Shown: positions 1 to 9,545, counted from the stretch's first letter. The stretch is DNA of 32,000 nucleotides from an uncultured Alphaproteobacteria bacterium (GCA_934246625.1 CAKQHZ010000001.1:1-32000), one strand, 5' to 3'. Numbers and translations: made by a program. Notes: generated by a model not told the origin, from the sequence alone.

Positions 1-70
1 CCAAATTAATCGTGCTCTTTTGAAAACTTTATTAGTTATAGCACCTTTTTTTCTATTTGCAAGCCCTTTT

Positions 71-676
71 TTATCTTTTATTCAATTTTTTTTCAAAAAT
101 AATGCTTTTATTCTTTGAATCGAGCTTAGAATCAAGCAAATCTTGATACTTTTTTCTTAATTTCATAGCTGTTTCCAAAAAGCGAATCAATTTTTTTGGA
201 CTTTTTATCTCTTTTGCATAGTCAATTATACTGCCTTTTACATCTTTTTCATGCCCTAAACGCATTTTATAGTCGGAAAAATGCTTTGCTACATCCCTGC
301 AATTATGATTTTCAAAGAATGTAATAACCTCATCAATAGAATCTGTAAATGCACGAGGAAATTTAGAAACAAAAGCTGTAAAAGGAACTTTTTCAGTAAT
401 ATCAACACCTTTGTATAGTAAAAAACGAATCAATTTTTCACTTCCATTTTCAACAGCCATTTGCAAAATGTTTTCGCCATATTTGGTTTTATCCTTTAGG
501 TTTGCAGAATAATTTAAAAGAAGTTTGATAATATCAAGTCGTCCAGCCAAAGTCGCCCTTAATAAAGGAGTAAGACCAAATTTATCACTGGAGTGGATAA
601 ATTCGAATCCGTAAATTCGGATTAACTCATTGATTTCATTTAAAGAAACGTCATTATAATTTAATACAATATTCAT
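71..676 (-). CDS. ankyrin-repeat protein (C-terminal half unknown)
   Basis: 201-aa ORF with an AAGGA RBS. It has at least two ankyrin repeats (GLTPLLRATLAGRLDIIKLLLNYSANL; GENILQMAVENGSEKLIRFLLYKGVDI). No signal peptide. I recognise nothing in the C-terminal ~100 aa. Confidence 0.75.
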   Translation of the reverse strand: MNIVLNYNDVSLNEINELIRIYGFEFIHSSDKFGLTPLLRATLAGRLDIIKLLLNYSANLKDKTKYGENILQMAVENGSEKLIRFLLYKGVDITEKVPFTAFVSKFPRAFTDSIDEVITFFENHNCRDVAKHFSDYKMRLGHEKDVKGSIIDYAKEIKSPKKLIRFLETAMKLRKKYQDLLDSKLDSKNKSIIFEKKLNKR

Positions 677-804
677 TTTTATCCTTTTATTTATATTGTC
701 TATGAATAGGTTTTAGAATAACATATTTATTTTGTCAATATAACTATATAAGAATAAAAAAGAATCGAGAAATAAAAACGAATCACTTTGAAAAGAATTT
801 TGAA

Positions 805-840
805 TAGAAAAAACTCCCCAAATTACAAACTGAGGAGTTT
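805..840 (-). terminator. Rho-independent terminator downstream of uvrA
   Basis: The minus-strand RNA forms AAACUCCUCA / UGGGGAGUUU (10 bp including one G-U) around a 10-nt loop, followed by a U6 run. Confidence 0.7.
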
Positions 841-929
841 AAAAATATTATGTATCTACATACATTTCTATGTTTTATATTATATCTTTGAATATAGTAT
901 TTAACAACTTTTCAAGATTTTTATTTTAT

Positions 930-3737
930 TTACAAATACTTTTTCAAATATTTTGCGGTATATGAGTCCTTTGATTTACAAATTTCCTCTGGGGTGCCCT
1001 TTGCAATTATTTGACCACCACCATCACCACCTTCGGGACCAAGGTCATATATATAATCAGCAGTTTTTATAACCTCAAGATTATGTTCTATGACAATAAC
1101 GGTATTACCCTGTTCCACCAAACGATGAAGAACTTCAAGAAGTTTTTTCACATCGTGGAAATGAAGACCTGTGGTTGGTTCATCAAGGATATATAAGGTT
1201 TTGCCTGTGGATTTCCTTGATAACTCCTTTGAAAGTTTTATTCGTTGTGCTTCACCACCAGACAAAGTTGTTGATGATTGACCCAACTTTATATATCCCA
1301 AACCTACCTGTGAAAGAAGAATAAGTTTTTCACGAATATTTGGAACATTTTCAAAAAAACGAATCGCTTCATCGACTGTCATATCAAGGACATCGGCAAT
1401 ATTTTTGCCCTTATATTCAACCTGTAAAGTTTCACGATTATATCGTGTGCCATGGCATTCATCACATTCCACATAAACATCTGCCAAAAATTGCATATCA
1501 ATTTTGATAACACCATCACCTCGACAGGCTTCACAACGACCACCTTTTACATTAAAAGAAAAGCGTCCTGAGGTATAACCTCTTTCCTTTGCAGTTGGTA
1601 ATTTTGCAAACCAATCACGAATCAAATCAAAAATACCTGTATAGGTAGCAGGATTTGAACGTGGTGTGCGACCAATTGGGGATTGGTTAATATCAATAAC
1701 TTTATCAATATTATTGACTCCCTTTATTGATTTATATTTACCAGCAGTATATGAAGAACCGTTTATTTCTCTCATACATAATGGATAAAGTGTATCCAAT
1801 ATAAGAGATGATTTTCCACTTCCTGAAACACCGGTTATACATATAAATGTTCCCAATGGAATTGAAATATCTACATTTTTAAGGTTGTGATGTGAAACTC
1901 CCTTTAACACAATATTTTGACCATTACCAGTTCTTCGTTTTTTTGGAACATCGATTTTTAACTCTCCATTCAAATATTTTGCGGTAAGGCTGTTTTTATT
2001 TTGCATTACCTGTTCTGGAGTGCCATCGGCAATTAAATTTCCACCATAGACACCTGCTCCCTCTCCTATATCAATAAGCCAATCGGAAGCACGCATAATA
2101 TCTTCATCGTGTTCGACAACTATAACGGTATTAGATTTGTCGCGAAGTTTTTTCAATGTTTCAATCAATTTATCATTATCACGTTGGTGAAGTCCGATTG
2201 ATGGTTCATCAAGGACATATAAAACACCTGTTAGTCCTGTTCCAATTTGTGAGGCAAGACGAATTCGTTGCGATTCTCCACCTGATAAGGTGCCACTTGA
2301 ACGAGAAAGTGTTAAATAATTAAGTCCGACATCAAGCAAAAATGTCAATCTATCGGTAATTTCCTTTAATATAGACTTTGCTATTTCACGATTTTTTGGT
2401 GATAATTTCGAATCGAGAGATAAGAACCAATTAAGAGAATCTCCTATTGAAAGTTCGGTTACATCAATAATGTCCTTTCCATCAATTTTTATACACAAAG
2501 CCTTTTCATTTAAACGCTTACCATGACAAACGGGACATGCTATATTTTGTTGATATTTTTCAATTTCAGCACGTTGCCAATCCGAATCGGTTTCTTTCCA
2601 ACGGCGTTCAAGATTTGGAATTACTCCTTCGTAAACCTTGTTTGAAATCCAACCATTCCAGTTTATGGTAATTTTTTCATCACCACTTCCATAAAGGATT
2701 ATATTTTTTTGTTTTTCAGATAACTCTGACCATGGCTTATCCATACTTATACGATAAAATCGGCAAACAGATTCCAAAAGATACTCATTTTGAGTAATAG
2801 AATCGTCCTTTGACCATGGAGCAATGGCACCACGGCGAATCGACTTTCTTTCATCTGGAACAATCAAAGCTGAAGAATATTGTATTTCGAATCCAAGACC
2901 GCCACATTTTGGACATGCTCCCATAGGGGCATTAAAAGAAAACAAACGTGGTTCAATGTCTTCCACAGAAAAACCAGATATAGGACAAGAGAAATTTTCA
3001 GAGAAAATGACCTGTTCCTTTGTATCTGCATTTTCAATGACCATTATGCCATCAGCAAGTTTTAAGGCGGTTTCAGTTGAATTTGCAAGTCGACTTTCGA
3101 TTCCTTCGCGAATCACTATTCTATCAACAATAACTTCTATAGTATGAGCCCTATTCTTATGTAAATCAGGAACCGCATCGGTATCCCAAATTTCACCATC
3201 TACACGCACACGTGTAAAGCCCTGTTTTAATAAATCGTCAAGGATATCCTTGTGTCCGCCCTTTTTAGAACGAATCACTGGAGCAAGCATATAAAGTTTT
3301 GTGCCCTGAGGTTGTTCCATAATTTTATCAACCATATTAGAAACCGTTTGCGATTCGATTGGCAAGCCAGTTTCAGGAGAATAAGGCACACCGATTCGTG
3401 CCCAAAGGAGTCGCATATAGTCGTAAATTTCGGTAATTGTGCCGACTGTGGAACGAGGATTGCGATTCGTTGTCTTTTGTTCAATGGAAATTGCAGGAGA
3501 CAATCCCTCAATCGAATCGATGTCCGGCTTTTTTTGAACCTCGAGAAATTGGCGAGCATAAGCAGAAAGGCTTTCGACATAGCGACGTTGTCCTTCGGCA
3601 TAGATTGTATCGAACGCAAGGGACGATTTACCACTTCCTGAAACACCAGTAATAACGACAAGTTTATCGCGAGGAATATCGATATTGATATTTTTCAAAT
3701 TATGTTCACGTGCACCACGAATTTTAATGTTATCCAT
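930..3737 (-). CDS. uvrA: excinuclease ABC subunit A
   Basis: 935 aa. N-terminus is [17 protein letters not shown]. It has two Walker A motifs (GVSGSGKSS twice), two ABC signatures (LSGGE) and zinc-finger Cys clusters ([16 protein letters not shown]). AAGGA RBS. Confidence 0.97.
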   Translation of the reverse strand: MDNIKIRGAREHNLKNINIDIPRDKLVVITGVSGSGKSSLAFDTIYAEGQRRYVESLSAYARQFLEVQKKPDIDSIEGLSPAISIEQKTTNRNPRSTVGTITEIYDYMRLLWARIGVPYSPETGLPIESQTVSNMVDKIMEQPQGTKLYMLAPVIRSKKGGHKDILDDLLKQGFTRVRVDGEIWDTDAVPDLHKNRAHTIEVIVDRIVIREGIESRLANSTETALKLADGIMVIENADTKEQVIFSENFSCPISGFSVEDIEPRLFSFNAPMGACPKCGGLGFEIQYSSALIVPDERKSIRRGAIAPWSKDDSITQNEYLLESVCRFYRISMDKPWSELSEKQKNIILYGSGDEKITINWNGWISNKVYEGVIPNLERRWKETDSDWQRAEIEKYQQNIACPVCHGKRLNEKALCIKIDGKDIIDVTELSIGDSLNWFLSLDSKLSPKNREIAKSILKEITDRLTFLLDVGLNYLTLSRSSGTLSGGESQRIRLASQIGTGLTGVLYVLDEPSIGLHQRDNDKLIETLKKLRDKSNTVIVVEHDEDIMRASDWLIDIGEGAGVYGGNLIADGTPEQVMQNKNSLTAKYLNGELKIDVPKKRRTGNGQNIVLKGVSHHNLKNVDISIPLGTFICITGVSGSGKSSLILDTLYPLCMREINGSSYTAGKYKSIKGVNNIDKVIDINQSPIGRTPRSNPATYTGIFDLIRDWFAKLPTAKERGYTSGRFSFNVKGGRCEACRGDGVIKIDMQFLADVYVECDECHGTRYNRETLQVEYKGKNIADVLDMTVDEAIRFFENVPNIREKLILLSQVGLGYIKLGQSSTTLSGGEAQRIKLSKELSRKSTGKTLYILDEPTTGLHFHDVKKLLEVLHRLVEQGNTVIVIEHNLEVIKTADYIYDLGPEGGDGGGQIIAKGTPEEICKSKDSYTAKYLKKYL

Positions 3738-3764
3738 TTGAGAATCCTTTGTTTATATAAGATA

Positions 3765-3793
3765 TATATAGTATAAAAACGAATCAGTTTCAA
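3765..3793 (-). promoter_or_regulatory. candidate sigma70-type promoter of uvrA
   Basis: Minus strand reads TTGAAA, 17 nt, TATATA, ending about 30 nt upstream of the uvrA ATG. The -35 and spacer coincide with the repeated box described in findings. Confidence 0.4.
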
Positions 3794-3804
3794 GAACAAA
3801 AAGA

Positions 3805-3837
3805 GAATAAAAAAAACTCCCACACGGGGAGTTTTTT
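3805..3837 (-). terminator. Rho-independent terminator downstream of the lipoprotein gene
   Basis: AAAACUCCC / GGGAGUUUU 9-bp stem with a 5-nt loop, followed by a U run on the minus strand (A run before it on the plus strand). Confidence 0.7.
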
Positions 3838-3854
3838 GTTTAAAGGTAGATACA

Positions 3855-5810
3855 TTAAGCGTTATATTGGCGACCATTAAGGATTGTAAATATAACCTTG
3901 TTTGTATCAGGATCAATAAATTGAGCCTTTTTATCAAGGAGAGCAGTTTGTTGCTTGATAGATTCATCAGCTTCCTCGGCTACACTTTGAAGAGTTTTCA
4001 TTTGAGCCTTTTCAGAATCTACATCTTCTGAATAAGTAGCACCAAAATTATTTAAATAACCTTCACCATCAAGAGTTTTTCCGCGAAGTGATTCTTTAAG
4101 TATGTCTTTTTGCGTTGTATTTCTAAAATAACCTTGAATACTACCACTAGCACCATTTAATTTAACATTTGAAGCAATTTCATCAAGATCAGCATCTTCT
4201 GACAAACCTCTTAAATCCAAAATGTTAGCCCAAATTGTTTCAACATTTTTATTTACTTTATTAACCCTTATCAAAGCATCTTCTGTAAATACTTTTTTCA
4301 TTGGATTATCAAGGAATTCAACAACACCTTTAAAATGATTTGAAAACTTATCACCTTCTCCAACGAGATAAATATTTGTAATTGATGACATATCACCAGT
4401 AAATACAACATTTGTATAATTTGCAACATTTTCACTTGATACACTTGGTGTATCAGTAATTTTTAAATTTTTAACTTTGTTAGCATTTATAAAATCAAGT
4501 GTATCATATTTCAAAGATGGAACATCAGCATTCAAAGTATCACCAGTATACAATGCTTTTTCACCATCAACATACTTAGAAATTGATAATTTGTGTTCCT
4601 TTACATTATTTGAGTCTACTGAATTAAGTTGATCATAGCTATAATTTTCAAGAATATTTTTTGCAAAATTATAAGCATTTTCATCAGAAATACTCAAATC
4701 AAATTTAGGTGTTGTTAAACCTAATTGCTTATATTGATCAATAGCAATATCTGATGTAATTTTTGTATGATCAGCAACTCTAACTTCACTATTATAAGTA
4801 GTAATTTCTATATCAGATGGTAAAGTAATACCATCATTACCAGCATTATTAATAAAACGATTTCGTCCAATGTCAAGATATTCCCCCGTAATTTTTAAAG
4901 ATGCACCTTTATTAACAGTTATAGTTTTTAGATCTACTGGATTTACTCCTTCTAAAGTGTCTGCATCTTTTGTAATAGTAATAGCAATTTTATCAAAATG
5001 TTTTATTTCTGACAAGTCTGCAAATTCATTTTTATCAATAATATCTTCTAAAAGTTCACCATTTGGACCAAATTTACTAATTCTTCCATTACCACCATTT
5101 ATTGTATATTCAATATTATCACTTGCAGTAATTTTTGCATTTGGGAAATTTGTTGCCAATTTTGAAATATCAACCAAATTTACAGAATAATTTGTTTTAT
5201 CTTCTTTTTCAGGAAATTCTATATTCAAAGTTTTAACTGTTTTTGCAATTTCCTTATCTTCCTCAGATAAAGTTTGTAAAGCAGAAATATTATCAAGAGA
5301 TTCTAAAGAAATTACATTATTTTCAACTTTGATTTTATTTATTGTAGTTGTAGTAGATGGAGTTTCATTACCACCTTTTTCAGATACAGTTACAGAAATT
5401 GTTTTGTTATCTGGAACTTTTATATCCTTGTATGATACAGAAACATTAACAGTTCCAGTTTTTGAGGAATCAAATATAAATTTAAAAGAATCTTTTTCAT
5501 CAACATATTTTACAGAAACATCACTTGTCTTTGTTGTATTATCAGAATAAGATGTTGTTTTATTTACATTTACTTCTAAACCTGTTGCATCAAATTTATC
5601 ACCAACTTTATATTGTGTTTTTGTTGGCATTTTTGTAATAGAAACAGAATTTATTTTTTCTCCTATTACAGATGGATTATCTATTGGATTATCTATTGTT
5701 TTATCATCTTCAGAAACATTAACTTCACAACCAGTCAAAATTGTTGCACCAAACAAGATAGCAAATAATACCTTTGCCAATTTCTTTGATTTTAGAGATG
5801 TTTTGTTCAT
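3855..5810 (-). CDS. surface lipoprotein with an N-terminal Big_3-like Ig domain
   Basis: 651 aa. Signal peptide ends in the lipobox LTGC. Residues ~55-145 (ITKMPTKTQYKVGDKFDATGLEVNV...TVNVSVSYKD...ISVTVSE) match the bacterial Ig-like (Big_3) pattern. I do not recognise the remainder. GGGAG RBS. Confidence 0.7.
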   Translation of the reverse strand: MNKTSLKSKKLAKVLFAILFGATILTGCEVNVSEDDKTIDNPIDNPSVIGEKINSVSITKMPTKTQYKVGDKFDATGLEVNVNKTTSYSDNTTKTSDVSVKYVDEKDSFKFIFDSSKTGTVNVSVSYKDIKVPDNKTISVTVSEKGGNETPSTTTTINKIKVENNVISLESLDNISALQTLSEEDKEIAKTVKTLNIEFPEKEDKTNYSVNLVDISKLATNFPNAKITASDNIEYTINGGNGRISKFGPNGELLEDIIDKNEFADLSEIKHFDKIAITITKDADTLEGVNPVDLKTITVNKGASLKITGEYLDIGRNRFINNAGNDGITLPSDIEITTYNSEVRVADHTKITSDIAIDQYKQLGLTTPKFDLSISDENAYNFAKNILENYSYDQLNSVDSNNVKEHKLSISKYVDGEKALYTGDTLNADVPSLKYDTLDFINANKVKNLKITDTPSVSSENVANYTNVVFTGDMSSITNIYLVGEGDKFSNHFKGVVEFLDNPMKKVFTEDALIRVNKVNKNVETIWANILDLRGLSEDADLDEIASNVKLNGASGSIQGYFRNTTQKDILKESLRGKTLDGEGYLNNFGATYSEDVDSEKAQMKTLQSVAEEADESIKQQTALLDKKAQFIDPDTNKVIFTILNGRQYNA

Positions 5811-5868
5811 TTATTTTCTCCCTTTCGTTTAAGTTGTTTTCATATTATTACTGTTATTATTACTGTAT

Positions 5869-5896
5869 ATTTTACACTTTTAAATATTTTTGTCAA
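5869..5896 (-). promoter_or_regulatory. candidate sigma70 promoter of the lipoprotein gene
   Basis: Minus strand reads TTGACA, 16 nt, TAAAAT, leaving a leader of about 55 nt. Confidence 0.45.
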
Positions 5897-5967
5897 TTAT
5901 TTTATTATTCCCCTATATAAAGGTATATTATCATAATTTAGGAACTTATTCAACAAAATAGTATTTT

Positions 5968-6004
5968 ATAAAAAAGAACGGGTATCCAGCAGATGGATAC
6001 CCGT
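5968..6004 (-). terminator. Rho-independent terminator downstream of the Cys-rich protein gene
   Basis: 11-bp GC-rich stem (ACGGGTATCCA / TGGATACCCGT, 5978-6004) with a 5-nt loop, followed by a U-rich run (UUCUUUUUU) on the minus strand. Confidence 0.8.
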
Positions 6005-6043
6005 ATTCTCTTACCCATTAGGAAAAAACAAGCAGAGAATTCC

Positions 6044-7354
6044 TTAATTAAAACCCTTTGATTTTAAAATAGTTTCAAGTTTTGATAAACAACCACCACA
6101 ATTTAAATTTGCTGGAAGACGATTTTCTGCAATCTTTGAATTTCTTAACAAGTTATTGTTAACACTTCCAGTAGCTGCTCTTGCAACAATACATTCTAGC
6201 TTACTAGAATAAGGATAAGGTTTATCACAATATGTAATCAATTCATTAATAACTTCCTCACAATAATCACCTATTGAAGTTGATTTACATTCATAACAAG
6301 CACGTGACGGAATATCAAATGTTCTGTAGCTTGGATTGAAAATTTCAGTTTGATAATCATTTATAAACCATGCTTTATATGTTGTCATAAGGTCATTTCC
6401 CTGTGAATCCTTATAACGTTTAATATATTCATTACCACAAACTCCTTTATCAGATGAATAACCACCTTTTCCTGTAAATGATTCTTGAACACCGCATGGA
6501 AGATAATCTGACTTTGACAAATTACTTTCCTCAACATTTCCAGTTTTTATATTCAAATATTCTGTACTTGATATAGGTTGTATCTCAGGAATAAAACAAA
6601 AACCATATTGATGTCCAGTATTGCCTGTGCCAGACCAACTTTCCTTTAACTCACTACTTGATAAGCTATATACTCCAGTTCCACAACCACCAGGATAATC
6701 ATAATTATATTTTGGTTTAAAACCAATTTTCATTACATATTGTTTAGCATTATTATATTTATTGTCATTTATACGAAATTGTTTTTGAAGTTGCTCAATC
6801 GTATCACCAACAGAATAAACTCCATAAGAACAAATGAAAGGATATGCAGGAGAAAAATCACCTTTGCTACCATCCCAATATCTGTATGTACGATTAGTTG
6901 TTATTTGCACAGAGCCACCATTTGCAGTAAGTCTTTCACTTGGTTTAACAATATCTTTTAATCCCTTTATAAAACCATTTGAATCAACACTCATATATAT
7001 AGGAAGATTATAGCCATTTACCTCATAAGTAGGAACTTTACCACAAGCAGTACCATCACCATCACAATTCAAACAATGTTTTCCATCTTTTGTTGGATAA
7101 CAAAATTGAGAACCATCTGTTTTAAATGCAGCTTGTTTAAAAGCCTCAGAGGCACTTGAATATGTGATAGCCTTTGTATTATCTGTATTATCGTATTGTT
7201 TATTTGCTTCTGAATTAACAGCCTTTACCGCGTCAGCGATTTTGTTTGCACCCTGCTCGTTTGCGGATTTTGCAACTGTGCTGTTCAATGCCACCATTAG
7301 GCAGATTGCAGTTGAAATAACAAAATTATTTCTTGATCTTTCGTTTGTTCTCAT
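6044..7354 (-). CDS. secreted cysteine-rich protein, unknown family
   Basis: 436 aa with a GAGGGG RBS and an N-terminal signal peptide (NFVISTAICLMVALNSTVAKSA). The mature part has 16 Cys and is rich in Tyr, Gly, Asn and Ser. I recognise no catalytic or domain motif. Confidence 0.75.
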   Translation of the reverse strand: MRTNERSRNNFVISTAICLMVALNSTVAKSANEQGANKIADAVKAVNSEANKQYDNTDNTKAITYSSASEAFKQAAFKTDGSQFCYPTKDGKHCLNCDGDGTACGKVPTYEVNGYNLPIYMSVDSNGFIKGLKDIVKPSERLTANGGSVQITTNRTYRYWDGSKGDFSPAYPFICSYGVYSVGDTIEQLQKQFRINDNKYNNAKQYVMKIGFKPKYNYDYPGGCGTGVYSLSSSELKESWSGTGNTGHQYGFCFIPEIQPISSTEYLNIKTGNVEESNLSKSDYLPCGVQESFTGKGGYSSDKGVCGNEYIKRYKDSQGNDLMTTYKAWFINDYQTEIFNPSYRTFDIPSRACYECKSTSIGDYCEEVINELITYCDKPYPYSSKLECIVARAATGSVNNNLLRNSKIAENRLPANLNCGGCLSKLETILKSKGFN

Positions 7355-7390
7355 GTTCCCCTCACTGGTTAAGATTAACTTATCTTCTTT

Positions 7391-7419
7391 ATATTACACA
7401 TATTTTAATCTTTTTTCAA
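7391..7419 (-). promoter_or_regulatory. candidate sigma70 promoter of the Cys-rich protein gene
   Basis: Minus strand reads TTGAAA, 17 nt, TAATAT. Confidence 0.45.
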
Positions 7420-7434
7420 TAAAATTATTCATTA

Positions 7435-7466
7435 CCCTTGAAATTATTCTATATGCTACTTATATC
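7435..7466 (+). promoter_or_regulatory. RpoH (sigma32)-type heat-shock promoter of dnaK
   Basis: CCCTTGAA (7435-7442), 16 nt, CTTATATC (7459-7466), about 40 nt upstream of the dnaK ATG. The same CTTGAA-N16-CTTATAT arrangement occurs upstream of lon. Confidence 0.6.
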
Positions 7467-7508
7467 ATATTTTGTAAATTTTATTAACTTATATATAGGA
7501 GTGTTAAA

Positions 7509-9416
7509 ATGAGTAAAGTTATTGGTATCGATTTAGGAACTACTAATTCTTGCTTCGCTTATATGGATAATGGTGAGGCTAAGGTTATTGAAAACAGCGA
7601 GGGTAAAAGAACTACCCCTTCTGTGGTTGCGATTAACGAAAACGAAGTGTTGGTTGGCTCTTCTGCTAGAAACCAAGCTATTGTTAACCCTGAAAGCACT
7701 ATTTATGCCGTTAAACGTCTTATCGGTAGAAGATTCGATGATAAAATGGTTGAACGCGATAGAGGACTTGTTCCTTATCAAATTGTAAAGGCTGACAATG
7801 GCGATGCTTGGGTTGAAGTTAGAGGTAAAAAATATTCTCCATCACAAATTTCTGCTGATATCCTTGCAAAAATTAAAAAAGATGCTGAGGCTTATCTTGG
7901 GGAAAAGGTTGATGAAGCTGTGATTACTGTGCCTGCTTACTTTAACGATTCTCAAAGACAAGCAACAAAAGATGCTGGTAAAATTGCAGGACTTAATGTG
8001 CTTCGTATTATAAACGAACCTACTGCTGCAGCTCTTGCTTATGGTTTGGATAAAAAGAAATCAGGAACTATCGCTGTATACGATCTTGGTGGTGGAACAT
8101 TTGATGTTTCTATACTTGAAATCGGAGATGGTGTTTTTGAAGTAAAGTCAACAAATGGTGATACTTTCCTTGGTGGTGAAGATTTTGATAATCGAATCAT
8201 TGATTTCTTGGCAGAAGAATTTAAGAAAGAAAACAATGGTATTGATTTGAAAGCAGATAAACTTGCACTTCAAAGATTAAAAGATGCTGCTGAAAAAGCT
8301 AAAATTGAACTTTCAAATGCTATGCAAACAGATATAAATCTTCCATTTATAACTGCTGATGCAACTGGTCCAAAGCACCTTAATATCAAACTTACACGTG
8401 CAAAACTAGAATCTCTTGTTGGTGATTTGATTGACAGAACATTGGAACCTTGCACAAAGGCTTTGGCTGATGCTGGTATTGATAAATCAAAGATTGATGA
8501 AGTTGTTCTTGTTGGCGGTCAAACACGTATGCCAAAAGTTCAAGAAGTTGTTAAAAACTTCTTTGGTCGTGAACCTCACAAGGGTGTAAATCCTGATGAA
8601 GTAGTTGCTATTGGTGCAGCTATACAAGGTGGTGTTTTAAAAGGTGATGTAAAAGATGTTTTACTTCTTGATGTTACACCTCTTTCACTTGGTATTGAAA
8701 CACTTGGCGGTATTTTCACAAGACTTATTGACAGAAATACAACTATTCCAACAAAGAAATCACAAGTGTTTTCTACTGCGGAAGATGGTCAAACAGCAGT
8801 TTCAATTCGTGTGTTCCAAGGTGAACGAGAAATGGCAAAAGACAACAAATTGCTTGGTGCTTTTGACTTGGTAGGTATTCCTGCTGCTCCTCGTGGTGTT
8901 CCACAAATTGAAGTTACATTTGATATTGATGCAAACGGCATCACTCATGTTTCTGCAAAGGATAAAGGCACAGGTAAAGAACAAGCTATATCAATTAAAT
9001 CTGATGGTGGTTTATCAGATGCCGAAATCGAAAAGATGGTAAAAGAAGCTGAAGCAAATGCTGCTGAAGATAAAAAGAAAAAGGAAAAAATTGAAGCTGT
9101 GAACCAAGCCGAATCACTTGCTCATCAAACAGAGAAAAATTTGAAGGACTTTGGTGATAAGGTTGATGCAAATACAAAATCTGCATTAGAGGCTTCAATT
9201 AAAGAAGTTCGTGATGTTATTGCAAAAGAAGATGCTACTGTTGAAGAAATTAAAGCTAAAACAGATGCTCTTACACAAGCTGCAATGAAACTTGGTGAAT
9301 TGATGTATCAACAAAACCAAGCACAAGCAGGAGCTTCTGCTCAACCAAACGCAGAACAACCAAAAGAAGAAAATGGTGAAAAGGTTGTTGATGCAGAATT
9401 TGAAGATAAAAAATAA
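7509..9416 (+). CDS. dnaK: molecular chaperone DnaK (Hsp70)
   Basis: 635 aa. Motifs include [20 protein letters not shown] and [10 protein letters not shown], plus an acidic C-terminal tail. AGGAG RBS. Confidence 0.98.
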   Translation: MSKVIGIDLGTTNSCFAYMDNGEAKVIENSEGKRTTPSVVAINENEVLVGSSARNQAIVNPESTIYAVKRLIGRRFDDKMVERDRGLVPYQIVKADNGDAWVEVRGKKYSPSQISADILAKIKKDAEAYLGEKVDEAVITVPAYFNDSQRQATKDAGKIAGLNVLRIINEPTAAALAYGLDKKKSGTIAVYDLGGGTFDVSILEIGDGVFEVKSTNGDTFLGGEDFDNRIIDFLAEEFKKENNGIDLKADKLALQRLKDAAEKAKIELSNAMQTDINLPFITADATGPKHLNIKLTRAKLESLVGDLIDRTLEPCTKALADAGIDKSKIDEVVLVGGQTRMPKVQEVVKNFFGREPHKGVNPDEVVAIGAAIQGGVLKGDVKDVLLLDVTPLSLGIETLGGIFTRLIDRNTTIPTKKSQVFSTAEDGQTAVSIRVFQGEREMAKDNKLLGAFDLVGIPAAPRGVPQIEVTFDIDANGITHVSAKDKGTGKEQAISIKSDGGLSDAEIEKMVKEAEANAAEDKKKKEKIEAVNQAESLAHQTEKNLKDFGDKVDANTKSALEASIKEVRDVIAKEDATVEEIKAKTDALTQAAMKLGELMYQQNQAQAGASAQPNAEQPKEENGEKVVDAEFEDKK

Positions 9417-9433
9417 ACCTTTCTTTATACTTA

Positions 9434-9460
9434 AAAGCCCTGCGGTTGCGGGGCTTTTTA
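9434..9460 (+). terminator. Rho-independent terminator of dnaK
   Basis: AAGCCCUGC / GCGGGGCUU stem (one G-U) with a GGUU loop, followed by a U run 18 nt after the stop codon. Confidence 0.75.
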
Positions 9461-9491
9461 TTACTTAATAAATTATGTTCTTTTTTTGTTC

Positions 9492-9520
9492 TTGACATTT
9501 TATTATTTTTATGATATAAT
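9492..9520 (+). promoter_or_regulatory. consensus sigma70 promoter of the lysozyme cassette
   Basis: TTGACA (9492-9497), exactly 17 nt, TATAAT (9515-9520). Both hexamers match consensus perfectly. Confidence 0.6.
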
Positions 9521-9545
9521 ATAGTTTATATAAAAAGGAGAGAAG

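Noticed and set aside
1011-3661. Several 60-130-aa ORFs on both strands inside uvrA (1011-1196, 2824-3147, 2880-3065, 3252-3641, 3275-3661, 3437-3652).
   Set aside because: All lie within or antisense to the intact, strongly motif-supported uvrA frame. They have no RBS and their composition is low-complexity or Cys/Arg-rich, which is typical of shadow ORFs.
3738-3800. Looked for an alphaproteobacterial SOS (LexA) box, GTTC-N7-GTTC or GAAC-N7-GAAC, upstream of uvrA.
   Set aside because: Only imperfect arrangements exist (GTTC-N7-TGAT on the minus strand; GAAT-N9-GAAC on the plus strand). There is no correctly spaced direct repeat.
3695-3967. 90-aa minus-strand ORF spanning the uvrA start, the intergenic terminator and the 3' end of the lipoprotein gene.
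   Set aside because: It crosses a terminator hairpin and overlaps two well-supported genes, so it is an artefact of AT-rich sequence.
5674-5697. Perfect 12-bp tandem duplication GGATTATCTATT x2 within the lipoprotein gene (encodes IDNPIDNP).
   Set aside because: There are only two in-frame copies, too few to argue for phase or length variation. It is noted under the lipoprotein finding only.
7355-7508. Looked for a CIRCE (HrcA) operator upstream of dnaK.
   Set aside because: No TTAGCACTC-N9-GAGTGCTAA-like inverted repeat is present. The RpoH-type promoter explains the region.
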